Notes: generated by a model not told the origin, from the letters alone. Positions 9,691 to 20,200 are shown, numbered from the stretch's first letter. The stretch is DNA of 64,000 bases from Armatimonadota bacterium (GCA_038207085.1 JBBRAE010000002.1:128001-192000); one strand, 5' to 3'. Numbers and translations: made by a program.

Positions 9691-10191
9691 TCACGGCGCA
9701 ACGGCGAGGCGCTTGTCCTCGCTTGGCTCGTCGAATATGTCGGAATCGACCTTGTAGCGCTTCAGCACAAAGTGCGACGCGGTTGAGAGCACTCTGTCGA
9801 TTGTCGAGAGCTTCTCTGAGACGAAGAAGGCGATCTCCTGCATCGTCTTGCCCGTAACTACGATTCTAAGATCATACTCCCCCGACACAAGGTACGCCGA
9901 TGAGACTTCAGGGAACCGGCAGATGCGCTCGGCGACGGCATCGAAGCCTACACCGCGCGACGGGCTCACCTTGACGTCGATAAAGGCATAGACGAGCTCT
10001 CTGCCCGCTTTGTCCCAGTTGACGACGGTCTTGTAGCGACGGATGATCCCGCTTGCCTCAAGCTCGGCGACTTCCGAGTCTACCTGCTCGACCGTCGCGC
10101 CGGTCATCTGAGCGATCTGCTCGTGGGTCGTCCGCGCGTCCTGTTCGAGAATACTCAGTATATCTTTTACAAGTTTGTCTTTGGAAATCAT
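9691..10191 (-). CDS. Lrp/AsnC family transcriptional regulator (YugG/AlaR-like)
   Basis: N-terminal HTH (ILEQDAR...LEASGII); C-terminal RAM domain (LVSGEYDL, STASHFVLKRYK). Confidence 0.92.
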   Translation of the reverse strand: MISKDKLVKDILSILEQDARTTHEQIAQMTGATVEQVDSEVAELEASGIIRRYKTVVNWDKAGRELVYAFIDVKVSPSRGVGFDAVAERICRFPEVSSAYLVSGEYDLRIVVTGKTMQEIAFFVSEKLSTIDRVLSTASHFVLKRYKVDSDIFDEPSEDKRLAVAP

Positions 10192-10198
10192 TTGTGAA

Positions 10199-10228
10199 AT
10201 GATACCATTCCCCCGCTTGGAGTGTCAA
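10199..10228 (-). promoter_or_regulatory. Sigma70 promoter for lrp-aminotransferase operon, probably leaderless
   Basis: TTGACA-N18-TATCAT with an extended TG; -10 ends 7 nt before ATG 10191. Confidence 0.6.
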
Positions 10229-10248
10229 ATTAAACGGAGGTGCGAAGT

Positions 10249-10364
10249 GCATGTAGGAATTATCGGCAGCGGCCAGCCTGGCTTTGGAGTGCGGCTTGCG
10301 AGAGCCGCTTTCACAAATCTTCCGGCCGCCGATAATATGGCGCTTGCTCGCCGCACTCCACATA
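10249..10364 (+). repeat. TGGAGTGCGG/CCGCACTCCA REP-doublet element, copy 1 (internally deleted)
   Basis: Closely matches the reverse complement of 53194-53346 but lacks an internal segment. Confidence 0.8.
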
Positions 10365-10756
10365 ATGGCCGTTTGTCGCCGACTCGGCATGCTGCACCTG
10401 GACCGAGTCGCTCACTTTGAGCTTGCTGAACCCCGCCTCCCAAACTGTTACACTTGCCCCACGGTTGTCACCTGTCAGACAAGCGCTGGTTGATTATACC
10501 GAAGTGGAAAGGCACGCAAACGAGCCCTGTGCTATTAACTAATGGCACAGGGCTCGTGTTACTTGATTGTGGCCTGCCTTGCGGCAAACTCCTTTATCGC
10601 GTTGTCCACTACGAGTCTGGGCGAAACAATTTGGGCGTTGGGTGGTAAGTTGGCAGAGGTGGAGGACGTTGATGCTGCAGCCAGTGGCATGTTCCCTCAG
10701 GCGATAGCGGTATCTTCGCTTTTGGCTTAGCGATAGGGGGTAATCGATCAATTTGT

Positions 10757-10809
10757 CGGGCGGATGGAATCCGCGGAACGGGGTCGTGGGACGGATTCCC
10801 ACGACCAAC
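10757..10809 (+). repeat. 53-bp hairpin repeat, copy 1
   Basis: Near-identical to 22608-22660. Confidence 0.8.
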
Positions 10810-10923
10810 AACCTCAACAGACAGCCCTCCTGCTCAGCTGGCTCGAAAGCCCTGTTTGGAGTATAATATAGGTGTAATTTGGCCGTGCGGGATGATCGTT
10901 GTTCCGCACGTTTTTCATGTCCT

Positions 10924-13083
10924 ATGGGGAGCAGCAAGATTCTAGATCAACTTAATCCAGAGCAGCGTGAGGCTGTCGAGTGTACCGAAGGGCCTGTGCT
11001 TGTCGTAGCCGGGGCCGGGTCGGGCAAGACCCGCGTTCTCACCTACCGTATCGCGCACCTGATCGAAAAAGGGGTCAACCCCGCAAATATCCTCGCCGTT
11101 ACATTCACTAACAAAGCGGCCAACTCGATGAAAGAGCGCATCGCCGCGATCATCGGGCCAGTTTCGGCCAGGCTTTGGGCGGGGACGTTTCACTCCGTCA
11201 CCTCGCGCATACTGAGAATGCACGGCGAGGAGATCGGCATCCCGAACAGCTTCACCATCTTCGACGACCACGACCAGATGTCGCTTATCGGGGAGTGCCT
11301 CGAAGCGATGGGGCTTTCGGACAAGAGCTTCCAGCCGCGCCGCGTGCTCGCGCTCATATCCAAGGCCAAAGAACAGCTCGTCACCCCCGAGCAGTTCCCC
11401 AGGCGGTTCGCGGGGCAGTTCGAAAACGTCGTCGGGCGCATCTACAAAGACTATGAGCGCAAACTCCGGGAGAACTCGGCGCTTGACTTCGACGACCTGA
11501 TCACCAAAACCGCGCTTCTCTTCCAGGCGAAGCCCGATGTATTGCGATACTGGCAGGAGAGGTTCAACTATATCCTCGTCGACGAGTATCAGGACATTAA
11601 CTTCGCCCAGTACAGCTTCATCAAGGCGCTTGCCTCGGGGCACCACAACGTCTGCTGCGTCGGTGACGACGATCAGAGCATCTACCGCTGGCGGGGAGCG
11701 GACGTGGGGCTTATCCTGCAGTTTGAGATCGACTACCCCAATGCCAAAATCTTCAAGCTGGAGCAGAACTATCGCTCCACCAAGACGATCCTTGAGGCCG
11801 CGCACGGGGTGGTGCGGCGAAACGTGTCCAGGCGCGACAAAGAACTCTGGACCGAGAACCCCCACGGCCGAACGATCGACGTGTTTGAGGCAGCAAACGA
11901 GCAGGAGGAGGCGATCCACATCGCAAACTCCATCCTGAACTCGGTCGCATCCGACGGTCGGAAGTTCTCAGACTTTGTCATCCTCTACCGCATGAACGCC
12001 CAGTCGCGTGTGTTTGAAGACGTGTTTCTTTCCTACCGTGTGCCCTACGTTTTGATCGGGTCGGTGCGGTTCTACGAGCGCAAAGAAATCAAGGACGTGC
12101 TCGCCTACCTGCGCCTTGCCGCGAACCCCAACGAATCCGTGAGCCTGCGGCGTGTGATCAACACCCCGGCGCGCGGCGTTGGGCCGGGGGCGATCGCAAA
12201 GATCGAGGAGTTCTGCGCCGAGCGCCAGATTTTGCTCTGGGACGCGCTCCAGCGGGTCGACGAGATCTCCGCCATGCAGAAAAAAGCGCTCCGGGAGATC
12301 GGCGTCTTCGTGAAATTGATCAAATTTCTGCACGCCAAGCAGTTCGAGTATTCGCTTCACAGGCTGGTCGAGGAGGCGCTCGAGCACTCCGGGTTCCTGT
12401 CGCACCTGAAGAGCGAGAAGAGCATGGACGCGGAGAACCGGCTTGAGAACGTCAAGGAGTTCTTATCCGTAGCCGAGGAGTTCGACAAACGCGCCGAGGA
12501 CCGCACGCTTCGCACTTTCCTTGAGCAGGTCGCGCTTATAAGCGACATCGACACCTACGAAGAGAGCAGCAACGCGGTCACGCTGATGACGATGCACTCG
12601 GCCAAGGGCCTTGAGTATCCGGTCGTCTTTTTGGTCGGGATGGAGGAGGGGCTTTTCCCTCACCAGCGCTCGATGGAGCAGATCGACGAGCTTGAAGAGG
12701 AGCGTCGGCTCTGTTACGTGGGAATGACCCGCGCGCGCGAGGAGCTTCATCTCTCGCACGCCCATCTCAGAACGTTTATGGGCCAGACCCAACGCCGCCT
12801 GCGTTCCCGCTTTATGAACGAGGTGCCGACCCATCTGCTGACCCGTAAGGTCCCGCCCAAGTCCGACACCAAATGGCGAACGACGATCGAACCTACTCGG
12901 CGCTCGGCATCGACTGCGGCCTCGACCTTCAGGCCGGGTGAGAAGGTGAGCCACAGCGAGTTTGGTCGGGGAATCGTGCTCAATTCCTCGGGTGTGGGCG
13001 ATGAGGAGCAGGTGACGATCGCCTTTGACGGTCAGGGTGTGAAGAAATTACTGGTAGTTTATGCAGGCCTTGAAAAGGTTTAA
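10924..13083 (+). CDS. pcrA: ATP-dependent DNA helicase PcrA/UvrD
   Basis: AGAGSGKT, VDEYQD, VGDDDQSIY, LEQNYRS, HSAKGLE, EERRLCYVGMTRA motifs; C-terminal Tudor-like domain. Confidence 0.97.
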   Translation: MGSSKILDQLNPEQREAVECTEGPVLVVAGAGSGKTRVLTYRIAHLIEKGVNPANILAVTFTNKAANSMKERIAAIIGPVSARLWAGTFHSVTSRILRMHGEEIGIPNSFTIFDDHDQMSLIGECLEAMGLSDKSFQPRRVLALISKAKEQLVTPEQFPRRFAGQFENVVGRIYKDYERKLRENSALDFDDLITKTALLFQAKPDVLRYWQERFNYILVDEYQDINFAQYSFIKALASGHHNVCCVGDDDQSIYRWRGADVGLILQFEIDYPNAKIFKLEQNYRSTKTILEAAHGVVRRNVSRRDKELWTENPHGRTIDVFEAANEQEEAIHIANSILNSVASDGRKFSDFVILYRMNAQSRVFEDVFLSYRVPYVLIGSVRFYERKEIKDVLAYLRLAANPNESVSLRRVINTPARGVGPGAIAKIEEFCAERQILLWDALQRVDEISAMQKKALREIGVFVKLIKFLHAKQFEYSLHRLVEEALEHSGFLSHLKSEKSMDAENRLENVKEFLSVAEEFDKRAEDRTLRTFLEQVALISDIDTYEESSNAVTLMTMHSAKGLEYPVVFLVGMEEGLFPHQRSMEQIDELEEERRLCYVGMTRAREELHLSHAHLRTFMGQTQRRLRSRFMNEVPTHLLTRKVPPKSDTKWRTTIEPTRRSASTAASTFRPGEKVSHSEFGRGIVLNSSGVGDEEQVTIAFDGQGVKKLLVVYAGLEKV

Positions 13084-13221
13084 CTCAGTTCCACGTGTGG
13101 CATAATATTCATGGGCTGATTGCCCTGTAACACACTGTAGAGACCTATATGAGCAGGCAGGGCCCAAGGTCCTGCCTTACGTTGTCATGACGGGTCGGGA
13201 GCGCGTGGAAAGGACACTGAG

Positions 13222-13527
13222 ATGAACCCGGAAGAGAGAGGATCCGGCCAGGTCGGTGGATTTTCGGAGACGGACTTCAAGGTCTGCGATTTCTGTGGCG
13301 CGCTGAATCGCCTGTCCAACACCGAGTGCTTCGTGTGCGGCTGGTATGGCACTTTCCGCCGCGATCCCGACACGGTGCGAAGGGCCCTCGCGGAGTTTCA
13401 GAGCTATTACGGCGGGATCAACCAGACGCTCCTATCCGAGGAGCTTCTACCAAACGAGCAACCGCGGCCCGGGCTCCTCGCCGATATCTGGGACAAGGTA
13501 AAGCGATTCCTAAGCGGCCACCCATAA
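13222..13527 (+). CDS. Small zinc-ribbon protein
   Basis: CDFC-x10-CFVC motif; AAGGA RBS; followed by terminator. Confidence 0.7.
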   Translation: MNPEERGSGQVGGFSETDFKVCDFCGALNRLSNTECFVCGWYGTFRRDPDTVRRALAEFQSYYGGINQTLLSEELLPNEQPRPGLLADIWDKVKRFLSGHP

Positions 13528-13566
13528 AACTGTGACTAACCCCCTTTCGGGGACCGATAGACAGAC

Positions 13567-13604
13567 AAAGGCCCGAAGCGAGCGAATTCGCTTCGGGCCT
13601 TTTT
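13567..13604 (+). terminator. Rho-independent terminator
   Basis: aaaggcccgaagcga-gcgaat-tcgcttcgggcctttt. Confidence 0.85.
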
Positions 13605-13683
13605 GTCGCCAAAAGACCCCGATTCGTTATGCGGAAATTGCATATACTCCATACTGTGCTATACTCTCGACTTGAGAGACACT

Positions 13684-13908
13684 ATGACCGCTACACGTGA
13701 CAGTCGCTACCAATCTTTTCTCACAAAACTGCGTGATGCGCGAATCCGAGCCGGATTGACGCAGAGCGAAGCGGCACGGCTTCTAGGACGGCCACAGTCA
13801 TTTGTCTCGCGTAGTGAGAGTGGCGAAAGGCGAGTAGACGTGGTGGAAGTTGTAGAGTTTGCGATCATCTATGGCATTACCCCTGAACAATTGCTTCCAT
13901 CGCAGTGA
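13684..13908 (+). CDS. XRE-family HTH regulator, probable R-M controller (C protein)
   Basis: LRDARIRAGLTQSEAARLLGRPQSFVSRSESGERR; GTGA overlap with REase start. Confidence 0.8.
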   Translation: MTATRDSRYQSFLTKLRDARIRAGLTQSEAARLLGRPQSFVSRSESGERRVDVVEVVEFAIIYGITPEQLLPSQ

Positions 13909-14876
13909 AGGAACACCGTCCAATGAACCAGCCGATAGAGAAAAACCGAACACAGAGTCGTTACGGCATAGGCGAGTGGTATGGTAGGCTCTTCACATCT
14001 TTGGATAGGAACACGCTACATTACTTTGCGTCCTGTGCTTCGCACGAGTGTTCTGATGCTCCTCCTTGCCGGTTTCGGGGAGGCGCACCTTGCTCCAAGT
14101 CTGGTGGAGTCTGCTCAATACGGCTCTACGAACGGGATCTCGGCAGTGGAGAGGTAAAGGTCGCGTCGTCCAAAGCGGGACGTTTGGTCACTACGTGCCC
14201 TTACAGGTTTCTGGAAGGGAACTCAGCCTTCAAGTGGATAGGAGAGATTGTCCTGTCACATTCGGAACCGCTTATTGCTGGTCAAGTCGGTTTTCTCAGC
14301 CCGGTACAAAAAGAGGGGTTCGATCGTTCTTCCGCCAAGGATGTCGGGCGCATCGACAATATCCTCGTAAATCCTAATGGAGATAGTCTCGCGTGGTGTG
14401 CACTAGAAATACAAGCCGTATACTTCTCGGGAAGCGGTATGGCAAAGGAATTCAAGGCTATTCTCGCACACCAGGACGACAGCTTACCATTTCCTGTTAT
14501 GAACAGGCGTCCGGATTATAGAAGCAGCGGGCCTAAACGTCTGATGCCGCAGTTGCAGACCAAGGTGCCGACGCTCAGGCGGTGGGGAAAGAAGATGGCC
14601 GTGGTTGTTGACGACAGCTTTTACGATTCACTTGATGAAATGATTCCCGTGGATCATATCTCGAACGCCGATCTGGCATGGTTTGTTCTGGATTACGTGG
14701 AGTCCGGAGAACTTGCTGTTCTTACCCCCCAAATGGTTCATATGACTACACTGGAGCGTGCCGTAGAAGGTTTGACTGCGGGACAACCTGTGAGTTTGGA
14801 TGTGTTTGAGACACGAATTCGCAAGAAGCTTGCCGGTCCGTCAACTATCTCTTTAGCCAATCAAGGTTCCGACTGA
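13905..14876 (+). CDS. NotI-family type II restriction endonuclease
   Basis: Four-Cys cluster (CRF...CSK..GVCS...TCPYRF) like the NotI iron site; GRIDNILV...ALEIQAVYFSG catalytic core. Confidence 0.8.
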   Translation: MKEHRPMNQPIEKNRTQSRYGIGEWYGRLFTSLDRNTLHYFASCASHECSDAPPCRFRGGAPCSKSGGVCSIRLYERDLGSGEVKVASSKAGRLVTTCPYRFLEGNSAFKWIGEIVLSHSEPLIAGQVGFLSPVQKEGFDRSSAKDVGRIDNILVNPNGDSLAWCALEIQAVYFSGSGMAKEFKAILAHQDDSLPFPVMNRRPDYRSSGPKRLMPQLQTKVPTLRRWGKKMAVVVDDSFYDSLDEMIPVDHISNADLAWFVLDYVESGELAVLTPQMVHMTTLERAVEGLTAGQPVSLDVFETRIRKKLAGPSTISLANQGSD

Positions 14877-15717
14877 TCAGAAGCTCAAGTTTTCGAGAGT
14901 GGTGAGTGTTCTTCATCACAATCTCTCTGACGGAGAAACCATATTGCTGAGCAAGATAGCGGATTTCTGGAGTGTTGTCGTAAGTCATAAGAAAGTCGCC
15001 CCGTAGCGAAGAAGTGGCTTCAAATAGCGCTCGGTGGTCGATCTCGGAATGGGTGTAAAGTCTCCGTCCTGCAACTGTATAAGGTGGATCAATGAAGTAA
15101 ACACAGTCCTTACGGTTCCGATTCTCGCGTAAGTATGCAACCCCATCTCCCTGCAAGAATCTGATTCGTTCGCGGTGAGAAACTATGTCTAGTATTCTCT
15201 TCTGAAGGGTCTTTGGATACCATCGTGAGGTTAAGCCCTTACCATTTTCGCCGTTCTTCACTATTCCTGCGCCCGGCGCAAGTATTCCCCCCCTGCTGAT
15301 GCGATTTCTCACTACAGTGGCTAGCGCGTGATCATACAGAGAAACGCCTTGTCTTGATAAAATGGCTTCGACTGATTCAGGAGAAAGCTGAAGTTGAGCA
15401 ATTTCATCAGCCAGTGTCTGTCCCTGCCCGTGAATAATGGTGTGCCATACTGATGCAATATCAGAGTCTATTTCAAGTAGAGTAGCTTTCTCAACGAGAT
15501 TTTCAAAGACTGCTGTGATACTTACGATGGCTCCACCTGCGAATGGCTCTACTATTTCGTCGGGTGGCGTTAAGTAGCTCCCAAGCCACTGCCGAATTTG
15601 TGGAATCAACCACGTCTTTCCGCCAGGGTAACGAAAAGGGCTACGCATAGGTACCGTGGCTACGTTGACCACTTTAGTTTCTATATAGGGTGCCACGACG
15701 GAGATATCTAGTGCCAT
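14845..15717 (-). CDS. Alpha-class (Dam/D12-type) amino DNA methyltransferase
   Basis: SPFRYPGGK, EPFAGGA (motif I), FIDPPY (motif IV). Confidence 0.9.
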   Translation of the reverse strand: MALDISVVAPYIETKVVNVATVPMRSPFRYPGGKTWLIPQIRQWLGSYLTPPDEIVEPFAGGAIVSITAVFENLVEKATLLEIDSDIASVWHTIIHGQGQTLADEIAQLQLSPESVEAILSRQGVSLYDHALATVVRNRISRGGILAPGAGIVKNGENGKGLTSRWYPKTLQKRILDIVSHRERIRFLQGDGVAYLRENRNRKDCVYFIDPPYTVAGRRLYTHSEIDHRALFEATSSLRGDFLMTYDNTPEIRYLAQQYGFSVREIVMKNTHHSRKLELLISRNLDWLKR

Positions 15718-15908
15718 ATTGTCACTCCGGAACTTACTAAGACGCTTGGTTGGTTATCATTATACCACGTATATGCCGATTACAATGCAGGTGCCAAGAC
15801 CGGATTCCTCACGCCGCATACAGCACCTCGGCTTGTGCAAGCACGTCATCGCGGATGATGGGTTTCAGTCCGTGTGAATACATCTCTATGATAGCATGAA
15901 TCCCGCAA

Positions 15909-16751
15909 TCATTCCCGAAGCCCCTTCAATCTCTCAAGATTCTCAAAATCATACCCCTGTTCGGACTCTGGAGTCTCAAGTATGCCGCCGATGTCGGCGA
16001 GGCCGGGGTAGTTGACGATTGCGCGGAAGCCGTCCAAGCCAATGTTGCCGAGGCCTAAGTGCCAGTGGCGGTCGGCTTTGGAATCCAGGGGCTTTTGGGT
16101 GTCGTTCAGGTGAAAGACTTTCAGGCGTGAAAGACCAATCAGGCGGTCGACCTGGGACAGGAGCCGCTCGACGCCCTCGGGGGTCGAAATATCGTAACCC
16201 GCGCCCCAGAGGTGGGCGGTGTCAAGGCAGATTCCCACGCGCTCGGGGTTTGTTGTGATACGGTCGAGGATCGCCGCCAGCTGCTCGACGGTCGAGCCGA
16301 TGGTGTTCCCTGCGCCTGAGCCCGCTTCAAGAAGGACCATCGCGCGCGAGTCGCTTGCGTCAAGCGCGTACCCGACGGCGTCGCGGACCCGGTCGGCCCC
16401 GGCGTCAAAGCCCGAGCCGCTGTGGCTTCCGATGTGGGTGACGATGTAATCGCCGCCAAGCGCCTTCGCCCGGTCAAGCGCATTTGCAAGCGCTGTGCGG
16501 CTCAGGCGCCAGGTGTCGTCCTTGGGGCTTGCGAGGTTCAACAGATATGGGGTGTGCAAGACGACCGGCGACAGCCCGAGGCGCGTGACGCCGGAGCGGA
16601 ATATATCCACCGTCTTGGGGTCGAGCACCGACACCTGCCAGGAGTTCGGATTGCTCGAAAATATTTGCAGCGCCTCGCAGCCGATACCCTCAGCCGTGGA
16701 AATAGCCGAAGCAAGCCCTTTTGCGATTTTTGTATGAACACCAACACGCAT
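15909..16751 (-). CDS. nfo: Endonuclease IV
   Basis: GVH, QIF, HTPYLLNLAS, CLDTAHLWGAG, HLND, DRH, ILETP zinc-ligand motifs. Confidence 0.95.
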   Translation of the reverse strand: MRVGVHTKIAKGLASAISTAEGIGCEALQIFSSNPNSWQVSVLDPKTVDIFRSGVTRLGLSPVVLHTPYLLNLASPKDDTWRLSRTALANALDRAKALGGDYIVTHIGSHSGSGFDAGADRVRDAVGYALDASDSRAMVLLEAGSGAGNTIGSTVEQLAAILDRITTNPERVGICLDTAHLWGAGYDISTPEGVERLLSQVDRLIGLSRLKVFHLNDTQKPLDSKADRHWHLGLGNIGLDGFRAIVNYPGLADIGGILETPESEQGYDFENLERLKGLRE

Positions 16752-16759
16752 ATCTTTAT

Positions 16760-16865
16760 TGGGGGATGGGGGTTAGGGGTTGGGTTGGCGCATCTTGATA
16801 GGTTGTACCACTTGGTGAGAGATGGGTTTCGCCAGGCCAACCCCCAACCCCTATCCCCTAACCTC
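16760..16865. repeat. Heptamer repeats (GGGGTTR / AACCCCY), inverted
   Basis: ggggatgggggttaggggttggg ... ccaacccccaacccctatcccctaacc. Confidence 0.6.
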
Positions 16866-16875
16866 CATAACAGAG

Positions 16876-17196
16876 TTAGTCCACGTCGCCGAGGTCGTCG
16901 AGATCGTCGGGAGCGTAGCTGAACGAGTTGATCTCCTCGCCGCGGAATATGGTTACAAGCAAATCCTCCCGCTCGAAGCTTGGGAGGTAGCTTGAGACGA
17001 TATCGTCGTCGATCTGCTGGAGCAGATCCTCTTCCTCTTCGACCGCAAGGTCCACCTCAAGCAGTATAGTGCAGTGGATGGTATCGTGGGCGTAGTGCAG
17101 ATGAGTCTGCCCGAGCCTGCGTTCACCCTCCCACAAGATATAAACTTCGCTTGCCACGGTCCGCACGAGTCTGGAAAGCCTGTATTTACTGGTCAA
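16876..17196 (-). CDS. Acidic hypothetical protein
   Basis: AAGGAG RBS before TTG 17196; protein-like composition, same strand as flanking genes. Confidence 0.7.
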   Translation of the reverse strand: MTSKYRLSRLVRTVASEVYILWEGERRLGQTHLHYAHDTIHCTILLEVDLAVEEEEDLLQQIDDDIVSSYLPSFEREDLLVTIFRGEEINSFSYAPDDLDDLGDVD

Positions 17197-17294
17197 AGTG
17201 TATCTCCTTCCCGATCGGTGGCCGCAGTTTGCAGCCCGAAAAGTCTCCGTAGTATGGCACATTTGCGCGCGTGTCGTCAAGCTGATGCGACGTA

Positions 17295-20200
17295 TTAGCT
17301 GAACAACATATTCACGTCTTCTGCCGTGAGTGATTTTAGCATCCCGGACTCGACGCTTATCAGCTGGTCTACCAGATCTTTCTTGCGCTCCTGGAGTTCA
17401 AGCATTTTCTCCTCGACGGTGCCGCGCACAATTAATTTCTGGACATAGACCGGCTTGTCCTGGCCTATTCGGTGGGTTCTGTCGCTTGCCTGGCGTTCGA
17501 CCGCCGGGTTCCACCACGGGTCGATGTGTATCACGTAGTCCGCCGCCGTCAGGTTCAGGCCGACGCCTCCGGCCTTCAGACTTATCAGGAAAAACGGCAC
17601 GGCGGGGTCGCTTTGGAACAGGTCGACCTTGGCGTCGCGGTCTCTCGTGTGCCCGTCGAGATAGGTGTAGGGAAGCCCCAGCTCATCGAGCTTGGTTCTT
17701 ACAATACGGAGCATCTGGGTGAACTGCGAGAAAACGAGCGCCTTGTGTCCTTCGGAGTGAAGCGTCTCAAGGATCTCAACCAGGGCCTCCATTTTGGCCG
17801 ATTCGCCGTCGTAGGCTTTGTCGACAAGCTTGGGATGGTTGGCGATCTGCCGGAGCCGGAGCAGCCCCTCAAGCACCTTCATCTTGGTCCGGCCTACTCC
17901 CTTGTCCTCTATCATACCTAAAAGCAGAGCTCGATACTGGTCTCTCCACTGCTCGTAGGCCTTTTTCTGAGTGACGTCCATCTCGCAGTAGACGACCTTT
18001 TCTGTTCTAGGCGGCAGCTCGCGGGCGACCTGCTCCTTTGTGCGGCGCAGTATGAAGGGATAAACAAGCGCCCGAAGCTGCTGGGCGGCGTCATCGTCGT
18101 GCTTGCGCTCGATCGGCGAAGCGAACTCCTTCTTGAACCGTTCGAGCGAGCCGAACATCCCCGGGTTCAGGAACGCAAACTGGCTCCAGAGCTCAACTGT
18201 CGAGTTTTCGACCGGAGTGCCCGTCAGCACGAGCCTGTGGTCGCAGTTCAGCCCCCGGGCGCTTCGCGCCGTCTGTGCGAGCGGGTTTTTCACCGACTGC
18301 GACTCGTCAAGCACGATGTAATGGAACCGATAGTGCTGCAAAGCGGCGAGGTCCCGGCGCATGATCCCGTAAGTCGTAAGCACGAGGTCGTAACCGTCGA
18401 ACTCGGAAACGTCTTTTGGGCGGTCGAGATCGGCGTAGACCAGAGTCTTCATGCCCGGCGTGAACTTTTCGGCCTCCCTCCCCCAGTTCGTGAGAAGCGA
18501 TCGCGGCATGACGATCAGGTTCGCCGACTTGGCATGCCCCGACTCCCGAAGCGACAGCAGGAAAACAAGCGTCTGGATCGTCTTGCCGATCCCCATATCG
18601 TCGGCGAGACAGCCGCCAAACTCATACTCGTGGAGGAAGTGTAGCCAGTCGTACCCCGCCTTCTGATAAGCTCGCATCTCGCCCCGGAAGCCTGTGGGGA
18701 GATCGACGGGCTCAATCTTGGAGAAATCACTGAGTTTGGCAAGCCTCCGATTGAGCGCCTCGTCGAGCTGCGCCGAGTCGACATCGTCTATGATCTGACC
18801 CAGAAGCGTGATCTGTGAGGCGTCGAGGCGCAAGCCATCCTCGGTCACGCTTGCGAGGTCGAAGAGGTGCTTGTAGCGCTCCAGCCACTCATCGGGGATC
18901 TCCCCAATCGAGCCATCAGTAAGCTTTACGTATTTTTCGCGCTTTTTGACGGCCTTTCGTATCTCTGAGATCGCCACTTCGATCTCCCCGAAGTTGACAA
19001 CCGTCTGCAGGTCGAACCAGTCGATTCCCGATGAGACCGATATCGAAATCTTGGGCTTGCTGCGGTTAACTCTGACCGATTTTAGAGTTTCCTCGCCGTA
19101 GACCTCGAAGCCGTCGCGGGTGAGCTTTGGCACGTGGTGAATCAGAAAGTCGACCGGGGCAGTGTTCTGCCGGAGCACAAACGCCGAGCCCATCTGCGAC
19201 CTTTTCAGGCCATATGAAGAGAGCGATTTCCATGTGCCATGTTCGGTCTCTCTCTCTCGCACTACCCGCACCAGGACCCCGCGCTCGGAGTCGCGCTTGA
19301 CGGAGGTTTGGGGCAGACTCCCGCTGTAGGTGACCTCGTAGCCTTCGTAGCTGAAGCGAAGCTCAACCAAGAGCGCTCCCTGGGACTCCTTGATGTAGAC
19401 CCGCGGCACCGGCGCGGAACTCACTTCCACCCAATGGCCTATGCCCTGGCCGTCGACTGTCATCTGCTCGGCGAGCCTTGGGATGACATCCTCAAAGCAG
19501 TAATCGACATCTTTTTCGGGAACGACGATCTTGGGCGTGCGCATCAGCCACGCAAGCGTGTCGTTCGTCGCCGCGAGGGGGAGCAGGGTGTCCTCGACGA
19601 TCACCCAGACCGGCTGCTCTGAGGCGACGGTGACATTTTCTTTGGTGATGGGCAGCTTCTTGTCGCCGAGGTCGATCATCGGGCGAAGGATGAGCCCTCC
19701 GCCGTCCGTCTCGACGTTCATTTCAAGCTTTGCAGGCTCCGTCCGCACAAACACCCTTCGCTCAAACGGCTGCTGATAGCTTCCCTGGTAGACAAGTCCT
19801 TCGCCGATCAGTGGGTAGATCACCGCAGAGGAGGGGTCGGGCTCATAGTAGCTGCGGGTGCTTGCGACAAGTAGGTTTCCGGCTGCGATCTGGCCGGGCT
19901 TGACGTTGTGAAAAGATTTGATATTCAGGCGATTGTAAAGCCGCTTTGCGTCGCGGGACATGTCATGGGACTCGATCACCTGGGCGGCCAGATCCAGGTC
20001 ATCGTGCGCCTCGGGCGGAAACTTGGCAAGCGGAATGGCGTACGCGACCGCGCTGCAGCTGATGCCGTAGTTTTGCAGGCTGAAGACGAGCATGTTCTTG
20101 CCCGTTGTCTTGGCGGCCGGCACGGGCGATTCGAGCACATGCTCGATTACATTTTTCCATTCCGAGTCCTTGTTCTCTTTGAAGTGCTTTTGCATCTCAA

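Noticed and set aside
10284..10493. ORF starting MECGLREPLSQIF (also at 53311) and MNNALLA ORFs at 26151 and 26902
   Set aside because: These are translations of repeat elements, not gene families.
10539..10730. Short ORFs between lrp and pcrA
   Set aside because: No motif or convincing RBS; at most a decayed remnant between two repeats.
13090..13221. Possible riboswitch upstream of the zinc-ribbon gene
   Set aside because: Two small hairpins are present but no known aptamer consensus or expression platform was recognised.
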